The position numbers were made by a program, and so were the translations under genes. The notes beneath the pieces are model-generated. The model was not told the origin of the DNA. It was given only the letters and a program-made list of their open reading frames with translations, and did no database searches. A DNA stretch of 63,928 nucleotides, the filler included, from Thraustochytrium aureum (taxonomy: Eukaryota), in assembly GCA_012862495.1 (NCBI GenBank). It is 3 parts of 3 records of this genome, joined end to end, with 100 filler letters (N's around TTAATTAATTAA, not from the genome) between each part and the next. Parts side by side here need not be neighbours in the genome. Positions count along the whole stretch, not along the records: positions 1 to 27,563 come from BLSG01000427.1; positions 27,664 to 57,026 come from BLSG01000428.1; 1 more part is not named here. The stretch is one strand, 5' to 3'. Within the stretch, counting starts at the first letter, position 1, and every line of letters starts with the position of its first letter. Shown here in pieces: positions 22,387 to 34,218 of this stretch.

Positions 22387-24690
22387 TCAGGCCTCGTCGC
22401 CCGGCTGGAACGTGTCGTAGAGGGGGGCAAAACGATTAAGGACGCGGCAGTCTTTCGCCCACCAGCAATGCGGCGTGAGGGGCGCCTCAAAGTTGTCGAT
22501 CATGCTCTCCGTCGTGCCGCGATAGTTGCGCTTGACAGCTCGGCACGCGGTGCGTGCCGATTTCTTGTTTGGGAATTCGACCATGTTGATTGCCGCGCAG
22601 GGATCTGCGGCGCGAACTGCTGGGTTGCAGATCTGGTTCTTCATCTGCAAGGCGACCTGCTCCGCGTCAAACAAGACGCGCACGTCCGAGGCCAACCAGA
22701 TTGCGTCACAAGCACACTTGTAGAACGCCTTCGACTTTGACACAGCGTCCGACTGGAAGCAAATAACAGTCGTGCCCACGAAAGCCTCGCGGTAAGCCTT
22801 GGCCATGGCGCAGGCCAGCTTGGTTGACTTGGGGCTGCCCCTGTACTTGCGTGTGTAAGGCTGTGCGTCAGAGAGGATCAAAATGGTCGGGTTGGCGAAG
22901 CTCTTAGCAAGGGCCACACCGTGGGACTCGTCGAAGATGCCGTCCATGACCGTGTACGCAACGCGGCTGCTCTTGGCGTTGACGTAGCTCATCACGGTCT
23001 GCGTTACGTACGACTCGTTCGCCCCTGATATGCCACTGTTCTCCACGGAGATAATGTCGTTGTGTGTTGCACCGAACGTTGTCAGCGATACCGCAACATT
23101 GCGGCCGCCGATGGGAAGCACATCCATGAGCGACGCCATCACTTCTTTTTGCCTCGCGTGCTGTCGGCTATTGATGCTCCAAGACTCGTCGACGGCGATC
23201 AGCAAGCCCGAGGCGCGGCAGTTGTTAAAGTCCGTTGGAGCCTGCGTGGGCGATATCGAAGGCGAGACAGACGGAGAGATGGTTGGCGACTTGGACGGCG
23301 CTTCGGTCGGAGAGACGGACGGAGAGTTCGATGGAGCTCTGGTCGGAGAGACGGACGGAGAGTTCGAGGGAGCTTTGGTCGGAGAGACGGACGGAGAGCT
23401 CGACGGCGCATGCGTTGGCGAAAGGGTCGGCGACGTGGACGGTGAAGCAGTTGGGCTCATTGACGGGCTCTCAGATGGGCTTGCCGCAGGGCTTTGCGTC
23501 GGACTGCTCGACGGCGAGGCTGTTGGGCTGCACGTTGCGATTCGACCGATTTTAAACTCAAACGTGAGAGCGCCATCAAGGCCAGGATCCCCCCACACCC
23601 ACTTGGCGGACGGAGAGTGCAGTTCAGAATCCGATAAAGTGCCATAGGTATCAGCATCCGCGTATACGACTGGGCCGGGCCGGCTGGGCTGTGAGATAAA
23701 GAAGCGAAAATTCGCCTCGCCAGAGTTGGTAGTGGTCACAGTTGAGTACTTTTGGCCGCACAAGTCGACCGTCCCGATGAGCCCGCCGACGCCCTGCGTG
23801 CCCTCGGAGCACTGGAACGAAAAAGTGGTCGTAGAAGCGAGAATAGGCAGTTCGAGTCGCATGCTCTCCCCTGCACTAGCGCTTGCTACTTGGTTGCTGC
23901 TTGGGGTGTTGCTGGACGCTGTGAGGTCGCCTTGGCACTGCACGTACACCTTAGCTACATCGCAGTCGCACGGGGGCGGTGTGTGCGAGCAGGTTGTGAT
24001 AAAAGTAGCGAGCTTCGTGGCAAAGCTGGGGATGTCGTCAAAGTCTACCGGGATACGGTCCTCGCTTGGGTCGTAGATGCGCACTCCATCGAACAGTCCA
24101 AAATTGATCTTCTTGCCGATTGGGACGAAGATGAACCGGTCGATATCGCCAGAAGAGATCATTTCGTCGGTTGCCTCAATCAGGGCGCTCGGAGGGACAC
24201 GCGGGTTTGGATTTCCGTCCGTCAGGAAGACGACAATGCGCTGTCGCGTAGGCAGTATCGTTCGGCTATTGGCCGGGTCTTTAAAGTAGATGTCTCGGAG
24301 GTCCTCCACGACTCGGAGAGTCGCCGTTGCCCCGCCCTTTTTACCAAGCTTGACAACAAATTTGTTGAAGTTGCTGTTCGTCATCGCAGCGTCGAGGTTC
24401 AGCGACGAGTGCACTTTCGGTGAAGAATAAAACGTTCGCGCACCAAACTCGACTAGGCCGTGACGGTTGTCGCTCGCGCCCCCGATGGGAATGCTGTCGA
24501 CCACTTCCGTCAGAAGTTTCTTCATGTTGTTGTACGCACCGCGGGGGATGCTGCCAGACTCGTCCAGGACCCAGATCAGGTCAAGCGGCACCCCGCTTGT
24601 GCTGCAGGTCTCGGTAGCCTCGGTCCGTGCTGGCATCGTCGAGGCGCCCAGAGCGCAGACTGCGACCCAGAGCGTTGCCCCCCACATCAT
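22387..24690 (-). CDS. Secreted double-vWA protein, paralog B (complete, 767 aa)
   Basis: Signal peptide; vWA1 LDLIWVLDESGS; Ser-Pro repeats; vWA2 IAVDESWS...ILILSDA; Cys-rich C-terminus; intact ORF. Confidence 0.9.
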   Translation of the reverse strand: MMWGATLWVAVCALGASTMPARTEATETCSTSGVPLDLIWVLDESGSIPRGAYNNMKKLLTEVVDSIPIGGASDNRHGLVEFGARTFYSSPKVHSSLNLDAAMTNSNFNKFVVKLGKKGGATATLRVVEDLRDIYFKDPANSRTILPTRQRIVVFLTDGNPNPRVPPSALIEATDEMISSGDIDRFIFVPIGKKINFGLFDGVRIYDPSEDRIPVDFDDIPSFATKLATFITTCSHTPPPCDCDVAKVYVQCQGDLTASSNTPSSNQVASASAGESMRLELPILASTTTFSFQCSEGTQGVGGLIGTVDLCGQKYSTVTTTNSGEANFRFFISQPSRPGPVVYADADTYGTLSDSELHSPSAKWVWGDPGLDGALTFEFKIGRIATCSPTASPSSSPTQSPAASPSESPSMSPTASPSTSPTLSPTHAPSSSPSVSPTKAPSNSPSVSPTRAPSNSPSVSPTEAPSKSPTISPSVSPSISPTQAPTDFNNCRASGLLIAVDESWSINSRQHARQKEVMASLMDVLPIGGRNVAVSLTTFGATHNDIISVENSGISGANESYVTQTVMSYVNAKSSRVAYTVMDGIFDESHGVALAKSFANPTILILSDAQPYTRKYRGSPKSTKLACAMAKAYREAFVGTTVICFQSDAVSKSKAFYKCACDAIWLASDVRVLFDAEQVALQMKNQICNPAVRAADPCAAINMVEFPNKKSARTACRAVKRNYRGTTESMIDNFEAPLTPHCWWAKDCRVLNRFAPLYDTFQPGDEA

Positions 24691-25971
24691 CTTTCGCCTG
24701 CACGCTCGAGTCGCTTGTGCTTGCGCCTGGGCGTTGCTCGACTGCTTGTCGCAGAGGCTTCGTTCCTGTCAAACAATCGCACCTATACGACGAAGAACGT
24801 GTGGACTGGGGGCGGTGAGCGACACCTTTATTTCTTGTCGCTGATTTCCATTCCAAGCTCCACGGCGCGCGCGCGGAATCTCCACCTGCATGCAGGCACT
24901 GGCAGAGGACTCGCAGCAGCAGCATGAGGGCTCTCTTGTAAGCTGGTGAGAGGTTGGGTTTTGACCCTCATGGTCGCCGTGCTTTACACAAAACAACTCG
25001 TTCAAGAGAACAGCCGCCGGCCAAGAACGCCAGGCCAACCAAACGAGTCGCCACTGAGATTTTGTTGTTGTGCAGTGCAACNNNNNNNNNNNNNNNNNNN
25101 NNNNNNNNNNNNNNNNNNNNNNNNNNNNNNNNNNNNNNNNNNNNNNNNNNNNNNNNNNNNNNNNNNNNNNNNNNNNNNNNNNNNNNNNNNNNNNNNNNNN
25201 NNNNNNNNNNNNNNNNNNNNNNNNNNNNNNNNNNNNNNNNNNNNNNNNNNNNNNNNNNNNNNNNNNNNNNNNNNNNNNNNNNNNNNNNNNNNNNNNNNNN
25301 NNNNNNNNNNNNNNNNNNNNNNNNNNNNNNNNNNNNNNNNNNNNNNNNNNNNNNNNNNNNNNNNNNNNNNNNNNNNNNNNNNNNNNNNNNNNNNNNNNNN
25401 NNNNNNNNNNNNNNNNNNNNNNNNNNNNNNNNNNNNNNNNNNNNNNNNNNNNNNNNNNNNNNNNNNNNNNNNNNNNNNNNNNNNNNNNNNNNNNNNNNNN
25501 NNNNNNNNNNNNNNNNNNNNNNNNNNNNNNNNNNNNNNNNNNNNNNNNNNNNNNNNNNNNNNNNNNNNNNNNNNNNNNNNNNNNNNNNNNNNNNNNNNNN
25601 NNNNNNNNNNNNNNNNNNNNNNNNNNNNNNNNNNNNNNNNNNNNNNNNNNNNNNNNNNNNNNNNNNNNNNNNNNNNNNNNNNNNNNNNNNNNNNNNNNNN
25701 NNNNNNNNNNNNNNNNNNNNNNNNNNNNNNNNNNNNNNNNNNNNNNNNNNNNNNNNNNNNNNNNNNNNNNNNNNNNNNNNNNNNNNNNNNNNNNNNNNNN
25801 NNNNNNNNNNNNNNNNNNNNNNNNNNNNNNNNNNNNNNNNNNNNNNNNNNNNNNNNNNNNNNNNNNNNNNNNNNNNNNNNNNNNNNNNNNNNNNNNNNNN
25901 NNNNNNNNNNNNNNNNNNNNNNNNNNNNNNNNNNNNNNNNNNNNNNNNNNNNNNNNNNNNNNNNNNNNNNN

Positions 25972-27164
25972 CTAGATGTTGGAGAACTTGTCGGGCACGT
26001 GGAGATCGGTCCGATTTTGAAGTCAAACTTGAGACTGGTGAACGAGTTCCAACCACCCGAATTCCACCGCCTACCCCAGACCCACATGGCCGAGCTATCG
26101 TGCGGAGAGATCACCGTGGGGGAGTCGTATGTGAAGGATCCTCCATTTTGGGGAGATCGCTCGGTGACGAAAAAGCGAAAATAGGCGTCTGTTTCGTCCG
26201 TGGTGCTTGTTGTCGAGTACTTTCGACCACACAAGTCGACTGTTCCAATGAATCCACGCGAACCAGAATCAGACCCAGCACAATTGAACGAGAAAGTAGT
26301 CGTCGAGTCTTCAATTGGTCTATCGAAATCCTTGAGGTCGCCTGTGTTGTCAGTCACTTGCCATTGATTAGTTTCGTCGTTCGCAGTCAAAGTCCCTATG
26401 CATTGCACGTATATCTTTGCCATGTCGCAGTCGCACGGCGGTGGCGTGTACGAGCAGGTTGTGATTTCCTTGACCAGGTTATCGGCGAATCCGGCGATGT
26501 CGTTAATCGCGACTGGGATCCTATCCAGGAGCGGGTCGTACTTGGTCACGTCGTTGAACAAGTTCAGGTTAATATTGCTGCCGAGCGGCACGAAAATGAA
26601 GCGATCCACGTTGCCATCTTCAATCATCTCGTTGGTCGCCGTTGTGATGCTAGAGATGGGATTGGTACTTCCCGGGTTGGGGTTTCCGTCAGTCAGAAAC
26701 AACACAATGCGAAGCCGTGTGGCGGGGGCCACCAATGCATTCGCTTGGTCTGTAAAGTAGTGGTCTCGAAGATCCTTTATGACTTGGAGCGTCGACGTCG
26801 CCTGGTTCGACACTTTACCCAGATTGGTAACCGCGCTTTTGAAAGCCGCAGTCGATGTCGACGTAGCAAGGTTGACGGAGGTGTGGTCGGTGGGCGCGGT
26901 GAAAAAGGTGCCCGATGCAAACTCGACGAGGCCGTGGCGGTTTCCTTCGGCTCCATTGATCGAAAGAATGTCGGCTACTCCTTTCACCAGTGTCTTCATA
27001 TTGTTGTACGTGTTTGTCGAAATGCTACCGGACTCGTCCAGGACCCAGATCAGGTCGAGCGGGACACCCGTTGTGTTGCAGACCTCTGCGGCCTCGGTAA
27101 AGGGTGCCACCATGACTGCGCCGATGGCGCAAACGACCGTAGCCCATACGTTCAGGCCGAACAT
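25972..27164 (-). CDS. Secreted vWA protein, paralog C; 3' part in gap
   Basis: MFGLNVWATVVCAIGA leader aligns with paralogs A and B; LDLIWVLDESGS; GFIGTVDLCGRKYST; WVW. Confidence 0.85.
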
Positions 27165-27563
27165 GTTCTTTGCTTCCTCGCTCTCTCCTCCTTTGCTCCA
27201 GTACCGCGCGACCGTCTCGCTCGGCGTTTGGGGTTTGCCAGGGCTGCAGCAACTGCAGCCACCCACATAGCTCGCGGCAGTCTATAGTCTATTACTCCAG
27301 ATTATGACGGGTCGTTTCTAGAGCCACGCTATCCAGCTTTTAGGGTGTTGGCTTCGCCTAGCCTCTCTGAAAAAGCGCCAATGCTGCGCCCTGTGGTGCC
27401 AGCAACCAGCCTGTCCTCCCCTGAAGGCTGGCGCATGCGTGCAACCAGTTCGTCGACGCACTGCGCATGCTGTTGGCCTGTTGTTGGCAGTAAAGCTCAG
27501 GTCATCATCTCAGGCGAACTGCAAATCACAGTCCCTTCCTCTTGTGCTCACCGAGTTGACCCC

Positions 27564-27663
27564 NNNNNNNNNNNNNNNNNNNNNNNNNNNNNNNNNNNNN
27601 NNNNNNNTTAATTAATTAANNNNNNNNNNNNNNNNNNNNNNNNNNNNNNNNNNNNNNNNNNNN
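27564..27663. other. Artificial scaffold spacer N44-TTAATTAATTAA-N44
   Basis: Exactly 100 bp with a six-frame stop linker; identical structure at 57027-57126. Confidence 0.95.
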
Positions 27664-27783
27664 TTCGTTGTTCGTCGCACAACGTGGCGGGTCTGGTAGC
27701 AGCGCGGCTGGGGTGTGTGCGTGCGGTGCGTGTTACGGACGGGGTGCGGTGAGGCGGAGCTGTTCCTGGCGCGAAGCCTTCGG

Positions 27784-27804
27784 TCTGTCTGTCTGTCTGT
27801 CTGT
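27784..27804. repeat. (TCTG)n microsatellite
   Basis: Visible in sequence. Confidence 0.85.
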
Positions 27805-28005
27805 CATTCTGCCTTTCTGTCATGACTCGTGTGAGAGTCGTGAGGTCTGTCTTGGGGTTTCTGGCTCCGAGCAAATGCAGAGCCGGAAAGAGCGGATCGC
27901 TGTGGCAGAGGTCGGGCTTGTGCGGGCCGTCGTCGTGCGAGAGAGCTCGGTATTGCGCGGGTCGACGTCGTCCTTGAGCGCTCGGGGTCGTGCGGGGGTC
28001 GAACA

Positions 28006-29316
28006 ATGCCCAAGCCGCTGCCCGTGTCGACCAAGCGGCTCGAGGAGCTCGTCGCCAAGTATGGGTCGCCGCTGCAGCTGTACGACGAGAAGATGATGGT
28101 GGACAACGCTCGCAAGCTGCTCACGACGTTCGGGTCCAGCTTCGAGTCGTTCACGCAGTTCTTCGCGGTCAAGGCGCTGCCAAACCCGGCCATCCTCGCG
28201 CTGCTCGTGAAAGAGGGGATGGGGCTCGACTGCTCCTCCACGTCAGAGCTGCACATCGCCAAGGAGCTCGGCGTGCCCCCGGAACGCGTCATGTACACAT
28301 CCAACTACACCTCCAAGAAGGACCTCGCGATTGCCTTCGACCAAGGCGTCATCATCAACCTGGACGACGTCTCGCTGGTCGACGCCCTGGTCGAGGTGCG
28401 CGGCCGCTGCCCTGACCTAATTTCGTTCCGCCTCAACCCGGGCCTGGGACGAACCGACTCGGAGACGGCCAGCAACGTGCTTGGAGGCCCAGATGCCAAG
28501 TTTGGCGTGCCGCCCTTCCAAATCGTCGAGGCGTACCGCAAGGCGAAAGCGCACGGCGCCACGCGGTTCGGGATCCACATGATGACCGGTAGCTGCGTGC
28601 TCAACGAGGACTACTGGATGGACACCGTGACCGAGCTGCTGCAGGCGATGGGCAAGCTCAACGAGGAGCTGGGCATCACGTTCGAGTTTGTCAACATTGG
28701 CGGCGGGCTCGGCGTGGCCTACACCCCAGACCAGAAGGACGTGGACCTGGATTCGCTCGTCCCACGGCTGAAGGCCAAGTTTGAGGACAAGATGCCTGCC
28801 GCGTTCAAGGGCAGCTGGCCGCGACTCTACATGGAGAATGGGCGCTTCATCACTGGTCCGTTTGGTTGGCTCGTCTCGCGCTGCGAGGCCATCAAGGACT
28901 CGTACGCGGTGTACTACGGCCTCGACTCGTGCATGGCCAACTTGATGCGCCCCGGGATGTACGGGAGTTACCACCACATCAGCGTCCCTGCCGCTGAAGA
29001 GCGGGGCGAGCCCAAGATCACGGCCAACGTCGTGGGCACGCTCTGCGAAAACAACGACTGGTTCGCCAAGGACCGCGAGGTCGCCAAGGCCAAGCTCGGC
29101 GACCTTTTCGTCATCCACGACACTGGCGCGCACTCGCATTCAATGGGTTTTCAGTACAACGGCAAGCTGCGCGCCCCGGAGGTTTTGCTTCGCGGGGAAG
29201 ACCGTGCCACGGAGGTGCTCATCCGCGATCGCGAGACAATTGCGAGCCTCTATGCCAACACGCACATCCCCGAGGACTTGGCGCCCAAGGAGCCTGCGTC
29301 AGGCGCTTCGAACTAG
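28006..29316 (+). CDS. lysA: Diaminopimelate decarboxylase
   Basis: YGSPLQLYDE, FFAVKALPN (PLP Lys), AKFG, NIGGG, ENGRFI, VVGTLCENND, HDTGAH. Confidence 0.95.
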   Translation: MPKPLPVSTKRLEELVAKYGSPLQLYDEKMMVDNARKLLTTFGSSFESFTQFFAVKALPNPAILALLVKEGMGLDCSSTSELHIAKELGVPPERVMYTSNYTSKKDLAIAFDQGVIINLDDVSLVDALVEVRGRCPDLISFRLNPGLGRTDSETASNVLGGPDAKFGVPPFQIVEAYRKAKAHGATRFGIHMMTGSCVLNEDYWMDTVTELLQAMGKLNEELGITFEFVNIGGGLGVAYTPDQKDVDLDSLVPRLKAKFEDKMPAAFKGSWPRLYMENGRFITGPFGWLVSRCEAIKDSYAVYYGLDSCMANLMRPGMYGSYHHISVPAAEERGEPKITANVVGTLCENNDWFAKDREVAKAKLGDLFVIHDTGAHSHSMGFQYNGKLRAPEVLLRGEDRATEVLIRDRETIASLYANTHIPEDLAPKEPASGASN

Positions 29317-29591
29317 GTAGCGAATATGAATTTATCTCTGCTTGTGTCTCGCTTGTACGAGCAGGAACGTAGTTTGCGTTTGTTGCAGCATCCAGAATGT
29401 GGCGGAAGAGCGGCGCAGGCGCGCAGTTTCTCGGTTTCCAAGCCAAGCCCGTACCCTGCGAACATTAGTAGAGCCAGGGAGCGATGTGGCACGGCACGCC
29501 GCTCTTGAAGCGCCAACGAATTACCAGCCAAAGCCATCGACCTCACGCTCTGCCTTTCTTTTCGCAGCAGAATCCCAACCCCGCGCCTTGC

Positions 29592-30246
29592 TCACAGCCG
29601 CACGTGCGCCGCAGTCGCTACAGCTGCCGCCAGGGGCAGGAGCGCCATCTGTCCAAGCGATTTGTGAGCCGCAGATGGCGTGGGGGCGGTTTCCGAGGCA
29701 CCCACCTTGGCCGCGCTCTCTGCAGCGGCAAGTTGAACAGTGAATTGCTGCGGCTTGGTGATGTCTGGTTGCGGCAATCCAGTGAGGGGTGCGGGGCAAG
29801 CCTCCTGCGCGGTCGACTTGGTAGTTGGCTCGCAGGTCAATCCGCTCTCGAGCAGGGTCGTGTTTTTCGAAGACCTTGTTCGCAGCTCGCAGAGGCAGGT
29901 CGACCCGTCCGAATACTGCACGTTGAAGAACACCTGGCAGCTGTACCAGTCCGACGGATACTTGAGCTCGCACCGAACGTCCAGCCCGGAGCCCTGTCTC
30001 GTGCTGTAGAAAACCTGGCTGTAGTTGACCTTGATGAGTTCTCTGGAAACGGAGACTGTCGGGCTGTCAAGGAATTCCAGGTCGTACTCGATGGTTTTCC
30101 AGTAGTCCTGCGCGGCCTGCGGCGCCCAAGACCTGCTGGCGCACGCTCAGCTGTTCCGCCCGGTTCGTAGCCACGCCAGCGGCAATCGTCAGCAGCGCGA
30201 GCAGCAGAGCGCTGCGCCACGTCTTGGTCCCCCATAGCATCCTCAT
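29592..30246 (-). CDS. Small secreted, possibly GPI-anchored Cys-containing protein; frameshift near 30120
   Basis: Leader MRMLWGTKTWRSALLLALLTIAAGVA; shifted frame continues QDYWKTIEYDLEFLD...CELKYPSDWYSCQVFF...CLCEL and ends in a hydrophobic tail. Confidence 0.5.
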
Positions 30247-30963
30247 CTTCTCCGCGTCGTGGCCTCTTCCGATCGGGGTCTGCTTGGCCCGGGGCAATGA
30301 ACGTTGGGAAAAATTGAAGAGATGGACCTGAACTGAAACCTGCCGAGTAGCGACGGACAACGTCCAGCCGGAACGGGAGAGAGACCCAGCGGAAACGGCA
30401 ACATTAACCCTGCTCAAGTAGGCCTACTCCACGTGGTTGCGTGCAACCACTGCGCTTCGTCAAGGGGCGAACGGCCCGATCGAGTGCCTTTTCGCTCTCG
30501 ACTCGGAGGTCCTCCTCCACCAAAACTTCAGTTCAGAAGCTGCCAATGCTTCCAACACTTGTTCCAAGTCGACTTCTTCACGGNNNNNNNNNNNNNNNNN
30601 NNNNNNNNNNNNNNNNNNNNNNNNNNNNNNNNNNNNNNNNNNNNNNNNNNNNNNNNNNNNNNNNNNNNNNNNNNNNNNNNNNNNNNNNNNNNNNNNNNNN
30701 NNNNNNNNNNNNNNNNNNNNNNNNNNNNNNNNNNNNNNNNNNNNNNNNNNNNNNNNNNNNNNNNNNNNNNNNNNNNNNNNNNNNNNNNNNNNNNNNNNNN
30801 NNNNNNNNNNNNNNNNNNNNNNNNNNNNNNNNNNNNNNNNNNNNNNNNNNNNNNNNNNNNNNNNNNNNNNNNNNNNNNNNNNNNNNNNNNNNNNNNNNNN
30901 NNNNNNNNNNNNNNNNNNNNNNNNNNNNNNNNNNNNNNNNNNNNNNNNNNNNNNNNNNNNNNN

Positions 30964-33944
30964 CGAGCCAAGCAGAGCCCCGTTGCCGCAAGCACGGAGA
31001 TAGAGCCACCAGGGAGGCTAAGGCGGTCAACGTCAGACTGCAACGGGTCGGTGCTCCCAGCCATTTGGGCGGAAGACCTGCAACCGCACCTGGAGATGCT
31101 GCAGGCCCCGATCGGGTCTGTGCATCTGCCAGCTGAAGGCATGGAGCTGTCGCTCCGCGACGCCCACCACCTGATCCTCGTCGTGCACGGAATCGGCAAG
31201 CACCTCGACTTTCGCGACGACTCCATCTCGTGGGACGGGACGGTGGGCGACCTGAGCGGCGGTTACTATGACTTCAAGAGCTCCTTTTACGACCTGCTCG
31301 GCAAAGACGGCTTGATGCGGGACCTCCCCATCTCTGTCCATTTCGAAAGCGTCGAGTGGCACGAGCCCCTGCGCGAGGCCTGCAACATCGCTGAGGTTCT
31401 CGGCCAAGCAGCGCCCGACGGCGTCGCCTCCTTGCGAGAGTTCACCACGGAGACCATGATTGACGGTTTCCTGTACCTCTCGCAAAGATTTGGCCAGATT
31501 GTGATCGACAGCGTGGCCGCTCAGCTAAACCAAAAGTATCGCAACTTTGTGGAGACGCACCCCGGCTTCTCGGGCCCGGTGTCAATCTTTGCGCACTCGC
31601 TGGGCTCGCTGATCTCGTTTGACATCCTGTCGCGCTCGCGGCAGGACGTCGCTATCCCAGCACTCGATTTCGACGTCAACGCGCTCTACCTCGCTGGCTC
31701 ACCCCTCGCGTACCTGCACCTGACGCGCGGAGACCTCTTTGATGAACACGGCGTGTATCGCGCCAGGTACTTTTTGCCCGAGAACGTCCGCGTGGTCAAC
31801 TTTTTCCATCCGTGCGACCCCGTCGCATGGCGAATCGGCCCGCTACTGCACGACCTGGAGAGCGCAAGGGCCGCGCCGCGCGCAGTCGAGGGCGCCGGGA
31901 CGCCGCGGGGGATTCTGAGGCGACGCCGGCGCCCCACCCCCTCGTCCAGACTGTGCTGCTTCCGCAACCTAGTGCGTTGGAGGGAAGCTCGCTGAGCGAG
32001 ATGCTCTTGCGCTTCGCCGAGCTGCTAAAATTCGACGACGAGGTTGCTGGGAACTCGCTCGCGTTTGCGATGGAGCCCCATCGTCGGCCCGTCGACTTTC
32101 GGCTGCCCACGACGCGGTACGAGCGCGCGATGGAGCTCGCCTCTGCGACGCAGGCGCACTCGTCGTACTGGACCAGCAAGCCAATGGCCGCCGCGGTGCT
32201 CGCCACGCTGTGCGAGCCGCTTCTCCCGGTTCTGCTGCAGTACAAGAGCCGCGGGGTCCCCGCTGCCGTGGTGGCGCGCCGCAAAGAGGTTTCGTTGGAC
32301 AAGGAGGCGCTGCTAAAGCAAAACGCTATGGTCGAGGGTCCTGTGAAGGGCTTTTGGAAAGAGCGCTACCTCGTGTTGCAGGACGACGCGCTTTTCGTTT
32401 TCGAGCGCCCCATCGCCGACGGCCTCGTTCGTCGGGGCCAGATCCTGCTGTGGTCTGTGGCTCAGGCGGCGCGGCTCGAGGGCGAAGCTGGCGACCCCGG
32501 CGTTGCGGCCCCACCGCGGGCTGCCGGCGAAGCCTTTCGGCTGATTGTGGGGACCGGGGACAAGCAAGTCTCGTACGACTTTTCTTGCTCAAGTAAGGCG
32601 GAGGCGCAGGCCTGGCTAAACAGCCTCCACGGCGTCCTCATCCGCCGGCCGGCCGCCGGATTCGGGACGGGAATACCCGCTGAGCTGGACGAGGCGAGCG
32701 TGGCAAGTCATGGAGACCCCCAAGGCGATGGCCAAGCCGGTGTTCAAGGCGATGCAGCGGCGTCGCCTTTTGCCGAAGGATTGGGGCCACTGGTCGACTC
32801 GACCGGGCGAGACAGTGGCTTCGACGCACGCCCAGATTCGGCCGCGGTGGCAGCAACGGCGGGCACGAGCGTCAGCGAGAACCCTGCCGAGCTCGAGACG
32901 GACAGCGACCTCTTTGGGCTCCTGCAATTCGGCAGCCTGAGTATGCGTGCATCCACATGGTGGAGCGGCCCCCTGAAGAGCTGGGTGTGCTTGGCAAGCA
33001 ACCCTGCGCGGCTCACGTGGTTCGACCGCGAGCCGGAGGTGGCGCCAGAGCGCCAGCTCGATCTGAACAGCGTGACCCTGATCCAGTCCAGCGACTCGCA
33101 GCTTCTTGTTCGCCTGATTTATGCCGGAGGAGGCGCTCTTGTGCTGCGCTTGACCTCCCGCGCTTCATTTGACGCTTGGATGGGGCGCTTTGCCGTCCTC
33201 TGCTCGAACGCAGATTTGGGCAAGCTCGAGCTGCAGGGCGCTCTCTTGGGCACCGGCGGCGTCGGCGCTCAATCTGCTCGTTCCCTGGGCCAGCTTGCTG
33301 CCGGCAGCTTTGGGCTTGAAGGGTTGCAAGCATTCGCGTCAGATGACCACGCACCGTCTGCTGCGGCGGCGGCTGTCGCTGGGGGCGCCGTTGCGCCCGC
33401 CGCTACGGCAGCGATTGGGGCGGACAGCGGGTCTACCTGCGGGGACGTAGAGCCACAGCGTGGTGGCGGCAGTGCTACGCAGAGTGCAGGCGCGGTGCCA
33501 TCTGCTGACACCAATGACGAGGATGAAGGCGGCATGCACGGCCTCGAGCAGCACACAGAGCGCGACCCGTTTGTCACCGGGTTCGTCATCACCACCGACG
33601 GGGCCAAACAGCGTCGCCATGCTCGCTTCGTCGTGAACGTGGTGCTCTATCACGCCGGGAGCGAGGCTGCGGAGGAGCCCAACGAGAGCCTCACCGTAAT
33701 GCGCCGGTACAGCCAGTTTCGCGCGTTTCATAAGGAGCTCGGCAAGGAGGTCCAGGCGCGGTTTGGCGCAGAGCCCGCTGGGGCGCTCCCTGGCTTGCCG
33801 CCGTCGAGCCTGCTCCCCTCGCTCGACGAGGTTTACTTGAATCGCAAGGTGCAGCAACTCAATGGGTACGTGCGTTCTCTGGCTGCGCGACCGGAGGTGC
33901 AGCGGTGCGACGCTTGGGTGTCGTTTCTTTCGCCGGCCCGGTGA
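30964..33944 (+). CDS. DDHD-family phospholipase A1-like protein with C-terminal PH, PH and PX domains; 5' end in gap, frameshift near 31900
   Basis: HLILVVHGIG, AHSLGS, AGSPL, NFFHPCDPVAWRIGPLL, AHSSYW; PH motifs FWKERYLVL...EAQAWLNSL and SFDAWM; PX RRYSQFRAFHKEL...LPGLPP. Confidence 0.85.
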
Positions 33945-34218
33945 CGCGGCCACCTCTGCCTCCTGGGCAGCTACAGCGGCCGTTGCAGGCCCCGAGCATG
34001 GTCGGCCTCTTTCGCCGGCCGGCTGGCTGCTTGCGCGCCGCCGTGCTTGCAAGGGGAAGACGAAGACGGAGCAGAAAGTACAGTTTTTTTTTCGTTCGAG
34101 CTTGCGGCTGGGTCCACCGCGTAGCAGCCGAGCAACCGCGCGCTGGTCTCGGGGCGGGCAAGGTCTATGCTAGGCGCTGAAGCAGGCTCGAGCTGGGGGA
34201 CGGAGAAGGGCTGCTTGC

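Noticed and set aside
24946..26184. Long ORFs spanning N-runs (here and at other gaps)
   Set aside because: Artefacts of translating through unknown bases
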